Positions 35,822 through 48,139 of a DNA stretch of 64,000 nucleotides are shown one piece after another; the stretch's first letter is position 1; each line of letters begins with the position of its first letter. A program made the position numbers and the translations under genes. Location: NCBI GenBank assembly GCA_035084275.1, contig CM068768.1, positions 2,976,001 through 3,040,000 of the forward strand. Direction: 5' to 3'. The DNA is from Hydrolagus colliei. Its lineage: Eukaryota. The notes beneath the pieces are model-generated. The model ran no database searches and was not told the origin of the DNA. It saw only the letters and a list, made by a program, of their open reading frames with translations.

Positions 35822-37907
35822 CATTTGGAAAAACGTTAGTCAGTGTAGAAGTTAAGCCACGTTTTAACCGAGTTCAGTATTTTGTTTCCCCCGTTTTTCA
35901 TTCTAAATGACAATAATGTGGAATAACGTGTCTGTGGCACAGGACAGGAATCATCCACATTAAGTGTAGTCTTCTGCCTTGGTATGGAGTCCACGAGATT
36001 GCAGACTTTATTTGCACAGGTATTTAATTAAATGCGTATCTGATTTAGCTTCTGTTTCACAACCAATACGAAATAGTCGAAATATTGAAAGACAATGCAA
36101 ACAATTGTAGATTCCCCCCTCTTCCCACCTACTCTCGCCTACTCAGGAAGAACATTTGAAAATTGTATTTATAGCAAACTGCTTTCTCCTAGCGTTCCAA
36201 CGCCGCGACTGTGTCCTGGTCTTTATGTTTCGGAGGTAGCCTATTTATTAAAACAAACTTTCAAATAGTGAATTTTAAATTATTTATTGTACATTATTTT
36301 CATAGGTGAAATAAAACTTAATTCTTTAATGAACCTTCGTTGTGTGTGTTGTAAGGATTCTTGTCTATTATTATCAAGCAATACCAAATTGTTCACACGA
36401 TGCTCTCTGTAACTGGAAAGAAAGATTCCAGGAGGAATTCCTCTCTCCCCCCCCGCCCCCACCCGCCCTTCCATAGTTAAATGTAGGGACAACTGTCCAT
36501 TAGGCACTGAGTTCATTCTGAAGAATTGGATGATAGTGATATGCTTTAACATATATTTAAAATGTTTATACGTAGCTTCGTAAATATGGCCTTAAAAAAA
36601 AGGATCAATAATTATACCTATAAAAAAGCTTTATTTTCTACTTTGCATCTCTAAATCGGCCATTATTCTGTTGTGTATATGTTAGTTTCCTTTATTTTTT
36701 CTTGGTGGTGCTGGTATCAAGTTTGACTAAACTCTATTTATAGAAACCAACACAGTGCCGAGATATCATTTATAACATTGTCTTTACTGGCTAATCGCTT
36801 GTGCAAGGATTAAACGAAGTGATTTCCATTTCCCTGATTTTTGTTTTGATTAATTTTTTTATAAAGCTCCTAGGAAAATGAGGTTCACATTTATTTTAGA
36901 ATATGCAAAGTGGAAAATACAGGAAACTAACAGAAAAGGCGGGTGTGCAAATACTTTTAAAAAATTAACAATAGTTTTAGCAGATGTCCTGTTGGGCTCA
37001 ATTGACTCTCTTCCCCTCCCCCACCTCCACCCACAGACACACACACACAACCACCACCACACGGACGGACACTCACTCAAACACAATAAGTCAATCTTTA
37101 GCTACTGCTGAATGATATAATTTAAAAGAAACTTCTGAGGGAGTGTAAGTATTTAATTCTTGAACAAATTATTGAATTTCAATCAGGTTTTGGGGGTATT
37201 AATGGTAAGTTAGGTTTACTGAAATTTGTCCCTGCATATATGAGAGAGAGCAATCCCCCCACCCCCCCTTCAACCCCACCGGAAAATACATCCAATGGAA
37301 TTTGGGGAAATTATAGAAAAAACAGATTTAGGGTTAAAAATAATAGAATGCTCGGATGATATGAGCCAGGAAATTTACTTGCAGCACGAGATAGAGAATT
37401 AAAGGCAGACAGGGAAAGTGAAGGGGAACCCTTTCCAAACTTGCCACAATATCGTCAGCCACATCGATCATAACTTCATTTTTTATTCTCAATTGTGCTC
37501 CACTTTGCAGCCTCCACGCGCCGTGCCAAAGGAGGTTTCTTTACAAGATGTTTTTTTTAACCAAACTCATACATCAAGCTGCTTTGCGAATGAGGGGGGT
37601 CATTGGAGAAATCAATCGCAGTGACACAAAAAATAAATCATATTACGTATTTGCCTAGTCACGGGTGTTTCCCAAGTAAGACGGAAATTTAGTCAGAGGC
37701 AATGTTACACCTACCAGCAAAACTGGATGATCCAATTTCAAAATGGCAACCCAATGTATTCAACACATAAACACACGTCCCAGTGCTGATTCACGTCGTT
37801 GTCTCAGGGTAATTTAATATGCAGGCTTTACCTTTTTCAAATCACTATCTTAAATGATCCATTTTTATTTCTCATTTCGAACTTTAAAAAAATAAAACAT
37901 TATTATG

Positions 37908-37972
37908 TCAGCGCCTGGGGACGTCTTTCTGACGTGTAAGGCGCTATACAAATATAATTGTGTTGTTGTTAT
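37908..37972 (+). mobile_element. SINE/L2-type 3' tail fragment
   Basis: AGCGCCTGGGGACGT...AAGGCGCTATACAAAT...(TGT)n tail. A related fragment lies near 52393-52470. Confidence 0.5.
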
Positions 37973-39849
37973 GAAAAGCACAAATCGGCCCTTTCAAAAT
38001 CGAGTTGAGCTTTCACCTTTTTCACTTTTTGTGAACGTATAGCTAAACATTCTATTCAACATTTCATTGCATTAATCATGTTGGAAACGAGCATTTAGTC
38101 TAAACATTCTACCTATTTAATAAGATAATTTTGCTCTTAGATCACAGCTATTAAAAGACTTTATATTTTTTTTGAAATGTACAGGTCACACAAGGAAATG
38201 CGCATATGTAGTCATCTGGGGATGGACAAAGTTTATGGGTTTTCCATAACAATGAGTCGTTTTGTTTATCAATCAAGCAAACTGCAGTGTCCAGAGGAAA
38301 AGAGAAAGCGAGTGATATGGAGGGAAACAGACATAGGGAGACAGAGAAAGGAACCTACAGAAAACAGTTTCCTTGGCAATTAAAAAGAATTAAGAACAGA
38401 TGACAAACGAGGAAGCTTCCAGTGGTATATTTTGTTTACATGTTTAGTACAATTCAAGTTACAAGGTTTTAGGAAATATTGGAGTTTTCATTTTTTTCAT
38501 AGAATGTTGTGGTTTTCCTATTTCAATAAATACATGACAGCTTAATTGAGTACAAACTCCTTCAACTTCCTTATGCAGCCTCTGACATGTTATCAATACA
38601 AATCTCTAACGAGCGCCTCTTTACATAGCATAATGACCAGTAAAACTTGCTTCACGTCCAGAGAACACGGCAGTGACAATTACAAATCAATTCTACGCCC
38701 ACAGAACAGCCTTAATAAATGGGAACTAACCACTCAATCCGCCCTTCCTTAAATACATTTGTATCCCCTTTATTTATCCTACTAGTTGTCAATTTCTGAT
38801 CAGGTTCATAAATTCAAAATCAATGAACAGCAGACATATCATTCCTGAAATAAAACAAATATTGTTTCAAAAGGAATGCTGTAAAATAAAAAACAGTTCC
38901 AAATTATTCAGAGTAAGACAAGATATAAGCCAAGATTGATAAGTATTATATATTGAATCTGTAGCATCTAAGAATAACCCACAGTGACCATTCAGTTTTG
39001 CAGTAACTTCTTTTGCACATCGATGTACATATTGTGTCCCAGTGTGAAATACACTATTACTTGTCTATTTCAGATTGTGAATATTACAATGTGTAAAACG
39101 TCTACTTTATTCCTCTTGAAAGTTCCGGCAGTTTTTTTAAAATCAGTCCTCTTCCGAAACACATGAAACGGAAATGGTAAATCAGCATAAATACAATATA
39201 TTTATTCATACACTGATTCCCCACCACTACTTCCTAGAACAATATGGTGCAATTTACATAGTTTGCTACAGCTGATATCCCAATATTTGCCTGTGGGCAA
39301 TATACTGAAAAATAAACAATTATATTTTAAAAGATTTTAAAACGGAATTCACACCGCGCTTCTTCTTATTCCACTAAGTAACGAACTTTTTTTAACACGT
39401 TCGATTTGAGATTACTTTAGACAATTCTGACCAATGGAACCCCAATGAAATAGTGCATGTACTCTGGATCCGAGTATTGAGAAACCCAGGCGCTGCAGGA
39501 GAAATTCTTAGCAGTGTATGTTAATTGGGTGGTGGTTGCTGGGGGTGGGGGGTGGGGGGGGGGGGGGGTTGAAGAGGTGTGTGGGGGGGGAAGAGGAAGG
39601 GGTGGGGGGGGGCAGTTTATCTCCTGTATGAAGGAAGCCATTGGATCTTTACTAGTATAGTGCCCCCTTAAGTCAACAATGAAGTACTTCTCCTATCTCA
39701 ATCCAGTAACTGGTTGGGGGAGGGTAACTATTTTCCAACTGTACAAAAAACAAGGTCAGGCGAGGAATATATAGGGCAGATCAATTTTAAAAGTTTAACT
39801 TTTTTTATTATCTTAGATTGAAGTGCACTCAAATAATGAAAGCAAGTGA

Positions 39850-40175
39850 TGGACCACGTTTTTTTCTGGAAGACGGATCCATTTTAAGAGACAAACCCTT
39901 AAAAACCAGAACTAAGTCAGAACTGAGGTCAGGAATTTTGTTCACACGAAAGTTTGTGAAGATTTTCAATGTTCTGGCCAGAAAGCTGTGGCAATCAATT
40001 AAAAAAAAAAGAGATCTAGACAGATGCTTGTCTGTATGAAGAGGATGGAGTACATGGCATTGGGATTAAAATATTTAGTAAGATCTAATACAGTACAGTG
40101 GAGTAGATGGGCTGAATTCAGATGGGCTGAATGATCTCACATTCCTCCTGTTTTCCTAAATTCTTGTACATTCAG
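39850..40175 (+). mobile_element. Degenerate CR1-clade LINE 3' fragment
   Basis: Decayed ORF2 C-terminus-like peptide (…LFTRKFVKIFNVL…) followed by the GATGGGCTGAATG...CCTCCTGT...TTCTTGT 3'UTR motif. Confidence 0.55.
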
Positions 40176-40210
40176 AAATTCGAGCAGAAAAGAAATATTC
40201 TCATGAATGT

Positions 40211-40487
40211 GGAATCCTGCAGCTCAGTGGTGAGAGCACTCGCCTTTCAAGCGAGAGACCTGAGTTCAATTTCAGGCAGGGCGAAATCTTGGGCAAGTTT
40301 CCTTACAGCACACACCTAAAAATAATCCTTAAAAAAATTGGTCATTTCAATCCACGACTGTTTGTGGGACGTTGCTGTGCGCAATTCACTGCCGCATTTC
40401 ACCCATTAATTTACAGTATATTCTGCAAAGCGCTTTGAGACATCTAGAAGACATGAAAAGCACTACATCAAATGCAAGGATTATTAA
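40211..40487 (+). mobile_element. tRNA-derived SINE
   Basis: A-box GCAGCTCAGTGG, B-box GAGTTCAATT and tail AAGCGCTTTGAGACATC...AAATGCAAGGATTATTA. Homologous to copies at 58528-58830 and 60850. Confidence 0.85.
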
Positions 40488-42641
40488 CTGCAGTTTCCAT
40501 GTTAACCGATGGGAGGAGCGGATTAACTGAATATTACATTGCAGTTAGTGTGGGAACCCCCACATGAAATCGGAAAAAAATGACCCAGAAAGATCTTGCC
40601 TCAATGATTGCATTAGTATTTTGAAAATCACCAAGAATATTTATCGAATTTTCACTCTTTCTATTTGAAACCAAATGGATCTTTATCCAACTGAGGCACA
40701 AGCTAAAACTAATCAGTTTGTGACTTAAAGTCTGGTTCTCTAGTTTCTCCCAAGTTACCCTTCTGAGTCTCATGTACGCCTAGCTATTACGATAACTGTG
40801 AGCACATCTATTTTAAGCTTAATGTGATGAGTTAAAGATGAACAAAATATACAATAGACATGACACACCATGAATCGGATAAAATTGTCATTAATTTAGG
40901 AATATAATGAAAACTCCGTTTTAGATTATTTCTTTTTTAATGAAAGCAAGCAAGAGAAATGTGTACATATCTTTAAGTGAATTTAGCTAAGAAGCATTAA
41001 AGAGTGGAAAGGGTTGAATTCATTCTCTAACTGTCCTAGACCTGTAATTAATAAAAATGAACTGCATGCTGGATACAACTATTCATTTCTGTCAAACCAT
41101 GTTCTGTCCACTAATGCACAGTTCGAAATGGAAATTAAAATTTTATTAAGTAAGGGATGTCAGTAACATTATTTTCAAATCATTAATTAAATAAACATTG
41201 TACAGCCAGGTTGCAGGATTGCACATAATCTATTTTGTTGCAATGCATTAAGTAGAAAACGCAAGAATCTAGGCTGACTACCATCCTGTCAAAAGTTTAA
41301 CTCCTCAAAGTTTTACTCGCTAAAACCTTTTATCCAACCAATGGGGTAAATCTGCACCTCACACTGTGCAAAGCCAGCTGGCAAATGAACACTATTTATG
41401 CCTCTCACTTGCAATCTAAATTACACTAGCACGTGTTAAACCCCCCACTCGAGGGAGGCTGTGGTGCAACAGTAATATTGTTTTGCTGTCAATAAACTTT
41501 CAGAGTTACTTCAGCATTGTATAACATAGCAAACACATGCGTTAGTTAATACAAAGTAAATTATCAGTAATCTTCTGTATTATATTTTAGGTAGGGCTGC
41601 TGGGTTTAAAATAACCATTCACTACTCCCATGCCCCCTCTCTCCGAATACCTTCTTCCTCTTTATCTACTTCCCTCGACTCCATATCTCCCCTATATCAT
41701 GTTTGTGTCTCTGCCACTATGGTTGTGCTAAGCAGTAGTAAAATGAAACGGACCTCAAAGCATTTAAATTGCTTTCTGCCAGAACTGCCTCTGACATATG
41801 GATCCACCGACTGAATGAGTGAAGGCAAAAATAATGTTTCTTGAGTTCACTGACAGTGATAAGGTATCATTATGTAAAAAATATAAGCACTCCATGAACC
41901 TAACAGATGGCGGGCGACGAAACAGCCCGAATGTCTAGGTACAACAGTGACACATCACATACTGTACAATTAATCTTTTTCTGTTAACTGAGTAAATTAG
42001 TATAATTGTAAGCCTCGGGCATCCAGCTAATCACCACTAAACTGTGTGTATATATCCGATAACTCTGAATGTAAAGAGAATAGCATCTTATTATGTCAAA
42101 CATATTAAATGTGCTTAAATGCTGGGATAATACCATATAGCCTGACAGCGAACAAAACTCAATGTTGGGACCATGTGTCGGATGGTCGCTTGTTTACTTT
42201 TAACCAGGGAGAACCATCACTCTCTACTTTATACAAGATATTAATGTCACTTTCAGTTCCACTGGTTCTCTGAGCTCCGGAACTTTAAAGTGGTAACCAT
42301 ATAAAGCATGCCAAGCCTGATAACTATTTCAAAACTTCCAGCCCGATTCCTGGTGGAACCAATAAGCAATTAAATGATGGATTTCTCCCTGATGCTGTGA
42401 GCGCTCCCTCTCTCAGGTAGCTCTGAGCTTCACCACAAGATTGAGTTATGTAACAGTAATATTTCTCAATCCAGTTTTTAAAGATCCAACCGTCTATTCA
42501 ACTTGTACCGATTGATTTATCATATTATTGATGAATTGATCAGGTATACTGCTTTCCCAAGACAATCACTTATCTTCCAGCACTGTGGTTGTGAGCCTGT
42601 TAAATAGACATTATCTCTATTTTAATTGTCTAAGTATAGGC

Positions 42642-42655
42642 TGAACTCCCGAACT
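42642..42655 (-). promoter_or_regulatory. Candidate Hoxb1 5' DR2 RARE (r3/r5 repressor equivalent)
   Basis: The + strand TGAACT-cc-CGAACT reads AGTTCG-gg-AGTTCA on the minus strand, 1.1 kb upstream of the ATG. One half-site is degenerate. Confidence 0.5.
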
Positions 42656-43470
42656 ATTAAATACACACCGTCAGGAGGACCTAGCAGTATTTTGTCAATG
42701 CTTCAATGTTGTACAGTTTCGCGAATAAGCAAACATGATAAGTTTAACATTGCAGTTCTAAATATAACTGATGATTCTCATAACACCCACTGGTTTCCAG
42801 CGAGTTGCGAAATTGGAACAAAAAGATAGCAGTTAAGCGACGTGCAATTCGTCCAGCCTAATACGCATCTGTATCACATTCTTATGAACCTCTTTATCAA
42901 ACATCTCATGGGACACATATATTTCCTTTAAAAAGTCATACAGACGCATCATATCGTTTAATACACTACAGCGTTCGGAGAAAGATCATTGTAGTTCATT
43001 CTCAAAGCAAATCAGTTATTTTAATGACCCCCCCCCCCCTGTATAATAACTGCCTGTTTATCGGTGCTGCTGTCATAACGCTGATCAATGTACTTTACCT
43101 TGGGTTTAAAACAAAGTTTCAGAATGATGTAAAAGACAGGTCTATATTCTGATTATTTTGTTTTGCAAATCAAATACAGTACACAAAAATAGAAGACTTT
43201 GCTCTTGCAAAACTACCTTAATCAAACAATCATTCAAATCAGGCACACTTTAAAATGCACTAAATTACCTACTTGAGAATTGATGTTACAGCGAGATTTT
43301 GTACCCACGTTTTCTGGGCAGCTGTGATACATGGTATGACCAAATCTTTTTTAACACTTTAAAGACAATGTTGAATAATTCCAACTTTATCCCCCCCCCC
43401 CCCCCCCCCCCCCTCAAACCCAATCCCCCCCACCCTACACTATGGTCAATCTGACGTATGCGTTTCTATC

Positions 43471-43534
43471 AGATTGATGCGAATAACTTTGATTGAAGGC
43501 TTTTGTGATGTAAATGTCACCGGGTGATGGATCA
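43471..43534 (+). promoter_or_regulatory. Hoxb1 r4 autoregulatory element (R1, R2, Sox-Oct, R3)
   Basis: AGATTGATGC 43471-43480, TGATTGAAGG 43490-43499, TTTTGTGATGTAAAT 43501-43515 and TGATGGATCA 43525-43534, in the order known for the b1-ARE. Confidence 0.88.
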
Positions 43535-43568
43535 CCTCACAGAGCTCAGTAACATCAGGAGGTCCATT

Positions 43569-43596
43569 GCCATTGGCGACTCGGGGGGTCACGTGA
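43569..43596 (+). promoter_or_regulatory. Hoxb1 proximal promoter (CCAAT box plus E-box)
   Basis: GCCATTGG at 43569-43576 and GTCACGTGA at 43588-43596. Confidence 0.7.
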
Positions 43597-43724
43597 ATGT
43601 CCTCCTGAGTGATATCGTTTGATTGCCAGCCAGCCATGGAGGAAGTTTGCCGGTTGACATAGTGCTGGGGGTTGTAGGGGCAGGGACAGAAATCCCGAAC
43701 AGGTTGATCGTCCATCACTGGCAG

Positions 43725-44310
43725 ATGGACAATACCAGGATGAACTCCTTCTTAGAGTATGCAATTTGTAATCGTGGGACGAGCGCCTACTCACCCAAGA
43801 GTTACCAGCATTCAGAACAAGGAATAACAGCTTTCGCTCCCTGTGCAGGTAACACTGACAACAGTGATGGACGATTCCTAGCAGGAGGGAGTGGGCACAT
43901 TGCACACCAGCATCAGCACCAGCCAGCTAGCTACTCGCATCACTCCAACCTGGGAATCCCATTCGCCAATACAACTCCCACCAACTATACCAGCCAAACT
44001 TGCAACCTGCCTTACAATCATCATTATTTTTTCAACCAAGATTCAGATGGGGCATACATTCATACCACGGGGTACACTGGGAGTATAGCATCCCCCGGCA
44101 ATCCCCTGGCAGACGGCTACTCTAGTGTCTCAGGGTCGGGTCAGTATCAGCATTCCTACGGCCAAGAGCAACAGGGCTTGATCTTTGGGACCTACACTAA
44201 TCTGTCTCCACCTCATGAAGGGGAGAATGAGCCATCGTGCACCTCCGATTCATCGTCGTCGGGTCAAACGTTTGACTGGATGAAAGTGAAGAGGAACCCA
44301 CCCAAAACAG
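43725..44310 (+). CDS. hoxb1: Hox-B1 coding exon 1
   Basis: MDNTRMNSFLEYAICNRG start and TFDWMKVKRNPPKT hexapeptide. Donor G|GTCAGT at 44310/44311. Confidence 0.95.
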
Positions 44311-45045
44311 GTCAGTATAATATAAACACCAGCCTCTCAGCCGGAGTGGGTGGAAAAAAATGGCGAGAAGCCAATTAAAGCTCCTTTCAAAAAGTGTTTT
44401 TAAAAAAGTGAATTTATACTGCCTTTCATTGGTTGTTTTTGCTGAAGTGCTTGAACTTTATTTTCATCGTATTGCACTAAATCATTTGGTGACGCCTTGC
44501 CCCCTCCCCCATCTCTCTCTCTCTCTCCCTCTCTCTGTCTCACACACACACACGCACATTTCCCTCAAGATGAACTGATTTTATGAAATCCACCCGAATC
44601 TAACAAGTAGGGTAGATGTAGAGAGGAACATTTCGATGGTTGGGTTTATACATATCTATCTATACCAATAATCTCCATATAGGTTAAAACGCAATATTAC
44701 CCACAGGTCTATTTAATTGCTTCAAATGCCAATTTATTTGTTGATCCGACCCGATGCACTCCTCAAAGCCAGTGTTCTTTGTCAAACCAGATAGCTAGAC
44801 CATAAAACCAAACATTTAGAATTTGTTTGGCAACCAGCTAATTAAGGTTAATGCTTTGTTCATTTCACGTCTTTGAGCTTCGTTCAACAAAGCAGTTTGT
44901 TTTCAGTGTAAACCACCAGTGCTAATGTTTTATCTTTACTTCCCTTAAGTTCCGGGACATTAAGTGCTGATTTTTTCGTCTAATGGAGGATTCCTCTTAA
45001 AGGATCGATGTAATAGTTTTTTTTTCTCTTTTTTTCTTCCCCCAG

Positions 45046-45416
45046 CCAAAATTGCTGACTACGGACTTGGCGGTCAGCCGAACACAACAAGGACCAATTT
45101 CACCACCAAACAATTAACTGAGCTGGAGAAGGAATTCCATTTTAACAAATACCTGACACGGGCCAGGCGTGTAGAGATCGCTGCCACTCTGGAGCTGAAT
45201 GAAACCCAAGTCAAAATCTGGTTCCAGAACCGCAGAATGAAACAGAAAAAGCGAGAGAGGGAAGGGTTTGGGCTTCTCTTCTTCACTAACACTGCAAAGG
45301 AAATCGGGGATGGATCAGACAAGTCCTCGACACCCTCTCCCGCTACCTCGCCTAGATCATCCACATCAGAAAACATTCACACTTATAACGCAGGGGAAAA
45401 GAAAACAGATAGATAA
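45046..45416 (+). CDS. hoxb1: Hox-B1 coding exon 2 (homeodomain); spliced protein about 318 aa
   Basis: Long T/C tract then cccAG ending at 45045. [56 protein letters not shown] is a labial-class homeodomain; IAATLEL is Hoxb1-type. Confidence 0.95.
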
Positions 45417-45717
45417 CCCTTTAAAAATGTGTTTCTTTCCTCTGTAATTTCTTGAACTCCCATATTTTTGATGTTAATTATCCTTATTTTTGTGTTATCG
45501 TGTTTGTAATAAACTCAGGGAATTGACTCCAAAAAGTTAGGTTTGCACTTTCCATATGTTTACAATGCGAATATTCCATGGTTTGTTACCCATCACTGTT
45601 ATAAGGGATGTTATTCAGATGACCCATTGAGTTTTATATATTTTACTCATGCGAAGTTGAGAGCATTTTGCCTCATTGTATAAACTTTACAGGAGTTTGT
45701 ATTCACCTAGTGTTACT

Positions 45718-45780
45718 GCAGACACGATGGGCCGAATGGCTTCCCTCCCTGTGTGATGAAAGTTCATATGTTTCCATGTG
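45718..45780 (+). mobile_element. Short CR1-type 3' tail in the Hoxb1 3' region
   Basis: GCAGACACGATGGGCCGAATGGC…CCTGTG… is the CR1 3'UTR stem motif. The same motif appears reversed at about 61005-61030. Confidence 0.55.
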
Positions 45781-46948
45781 TAGATTTCAATCTATTTTGT
45801 ATGTACATTAGCATTAAGATGTAATTATATGTTTATATCGAATATGGACAAGCACACTGCAGTTATAGAGCGTATTTTTCAGAGATCTGTGTTTATTTGA
45901 GATTGCACTACTAATATTGTTACAGGGTTATCGACAAAGTCACTTGTGCCGAGGAGAAGAAAATGATTTAAAAAAATATATACAATAAACAAGTGTAAGA
46001 TTCAGCAGATATGCAATACTGCAAATGTGAAATACTAATCTCTCATTCGTTCACTTTTCTGAGCATTTAAATGTTGTTTCTGTTACTCAATTTTGGGGGG
46101 AATTATGGTTAGAAAATGTGTGTGAAATTTCATCCTAACTGGATGAATGTACTGACGACAACGCTGGAAAGGCTTGCCTTTTCGATTGTTCTTGGCCCCA
46201 GTGTTTTTTTTAAGCCAGAATCTCTTGTTAATGAATGTAAGGAGAATGTGAAGCACTGTGTAATGTGATGACAGAATTCAGGTTTCGCTGAGTTTGTGAT
46301 CACTCTTGGTTCTCAGCCTCATAAGCCAGACTCTCTGTGTTTGTTGTGCATTCTAAACCCTCGTGTTAAAACTACCTCATTGCAATAAAATCGATTTAAT
46401 TATTATAAAAACGATTGTGTCTTGATTACTTTCATAGTCAACGGTCTCCCAATAAAGGACGAGTTAAAAATTACATATCTTTCCAGAGTTAACCTTTGAA
46501 AGAGCCGTGATATCCTTGACAATATAATTATCAAGATTCATGTTTAATTTCCTTTAATTATTTCATTCTGATCATTATAAAGTATTCCATCCTCCAGTTT
46601 GGTAATCCCTCTCCTGTCAGATGCATTATTAAATACACCCATCTACCAATCCAGCTTGTTGCTTTTGGAAATCTGAAACTGATCTGAAATTGACTAAATG
46701 TTAATTCGGCAAGGAATTGGGTAAAGCTCCCCTACAACAGATATCCCATCAGCAACAGCTATTAATGAACACATAGTTAATCCGGTGAGTGTAAACATGA
46801 ATCGAATTTCAATATAACGTTCGTTCTTTGGGGGTATATATCTTTCATGAACTACACTGAGTATACCAGTATAGTACTTGGTGGTGTCTCTTAAAATAAT
46901 TGTACAGAGAGAAGTGAGGAATGCAACAGCAAACTCCGGATGTCCCCG

Positions 46949-46962
46949 TGACCTTTTTACCT
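46949..46962 (-). promoter_or_regulatory. Hoxb1 3' DR2 RARE
   Basis: TGACCT-tt-TTACCT reads AGGTAA-aa-AGGTCA on the minus strand, 1.5 kb after the stop. This matches the classical Hoxb1 3' DR2. Confidence 0.88.
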
Positions 46963-47743
46963 CCAAACGCCTCTGGGATTTACAAACAAGTCAACAAAGC
47001 GTCCTGAAGATGACACCATTGTCCTCTTCTCAAACAAACAACTCCAACTTTCCCAAAACTCTATACTCCGAGAGTCAGATAAATTGACTGATAAATGGGT
47101 ACACCCAGAACAAGATAAGAGTTATGAGTAGTTAGACTGAATATGATAAATGAGTACTGAGAAATACAATGTCTCTATATATAAAGAAGGTGAAAGTTTG
47201 AAAGGATTTAATAAATTAGTTTGGGCTCTGATTTTATCTCTCTTGATTTTGCTGTCTCTTTAATAACAGGACCCTCATTAAACCGTCCACGCATTGATTT
47301 AAAATAGGCACTTTACATCACTCACTACTTCAATAAACAGCCTAAGTCTTGGCTGAAATGCTCGTTTTCCTTTTGATGCGACAGTCCATGTTAAATTCAG
47401 AGAGAGCTCATTTCTATTTGGAGCTATCTAAATAGACTTAATTTGACAAATAATCCCCACGTACACCATATATTACAGAGGGGTGCGCAAATACACACAT
47501 AAAAACACTCCTATACGTATACTCAGTAACGTATATTCGTAGTTATACAGTATATTGTACACAAAGTCTTAGAAACACCACCCTGAATTGGTGCAGTCAT
47601 ATATATGTATATACTCACAGACATATCTGCAATTTGAAACACGCAAATATAATATATACAGTGATTAATGTACATTCAAAGTCACAAACACGTATATATT
47701 CACACCGACACTTTTTTAATGTATTTTCATGCACATTATATCT

Positions 47744-48139
47744 AATAATAATCCTTTCATTTGATATAGTGCATTATCACATCTTCGAGATGTCTCAAAG
47801 CATTTCACAGAATATACTGTAAAGTGAATTGGCTATATTTTGTGATCGAAATACACAGTTTGTGTATATTTTATATATATGATATATTATATTCATGCAG
47901 GCAAACTTTGTGTTCCAAAGTTCAGCCACGGAACAAAATAAATTTACAGATCTCTACCCAAAGTATAACTCTACCATTCAGTCCTGCTGTTAATTTAACA
48001 TGATAAATCAGTGTCACAAAGATCAACAGGCTTCAGACTGCCTGCCTGCAAGGTGACGGTTTCAGTTTGCACGCTGAGAAAAAACAAGAATGTAAAAGTA
48101 AAAGAAAGTTTGTATTTACAGTACAGGCGGGAAGCGAAG
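47744..48139. repeat. Copy 1 of a ~390 bp direct duplication (first ~100 bp is a minus-strand SINE tail)
   Basis: Collinear with 58852-59245; both copies contain GATAAATCAGTGTCACAAAGATCAACAGG and GACTGCCTGCCTGCAAGGTGACGGTTTCAGTTTGCA. Confidence 0.92.

Noticed and set aside
43623-43724. N-terminal extension of Hoxb1 from a TTG start (likewise 7379 and 27323)
   Set aside because: ORF-finder alternative starts. The conserved N-termini begin at the downstream ATGs.
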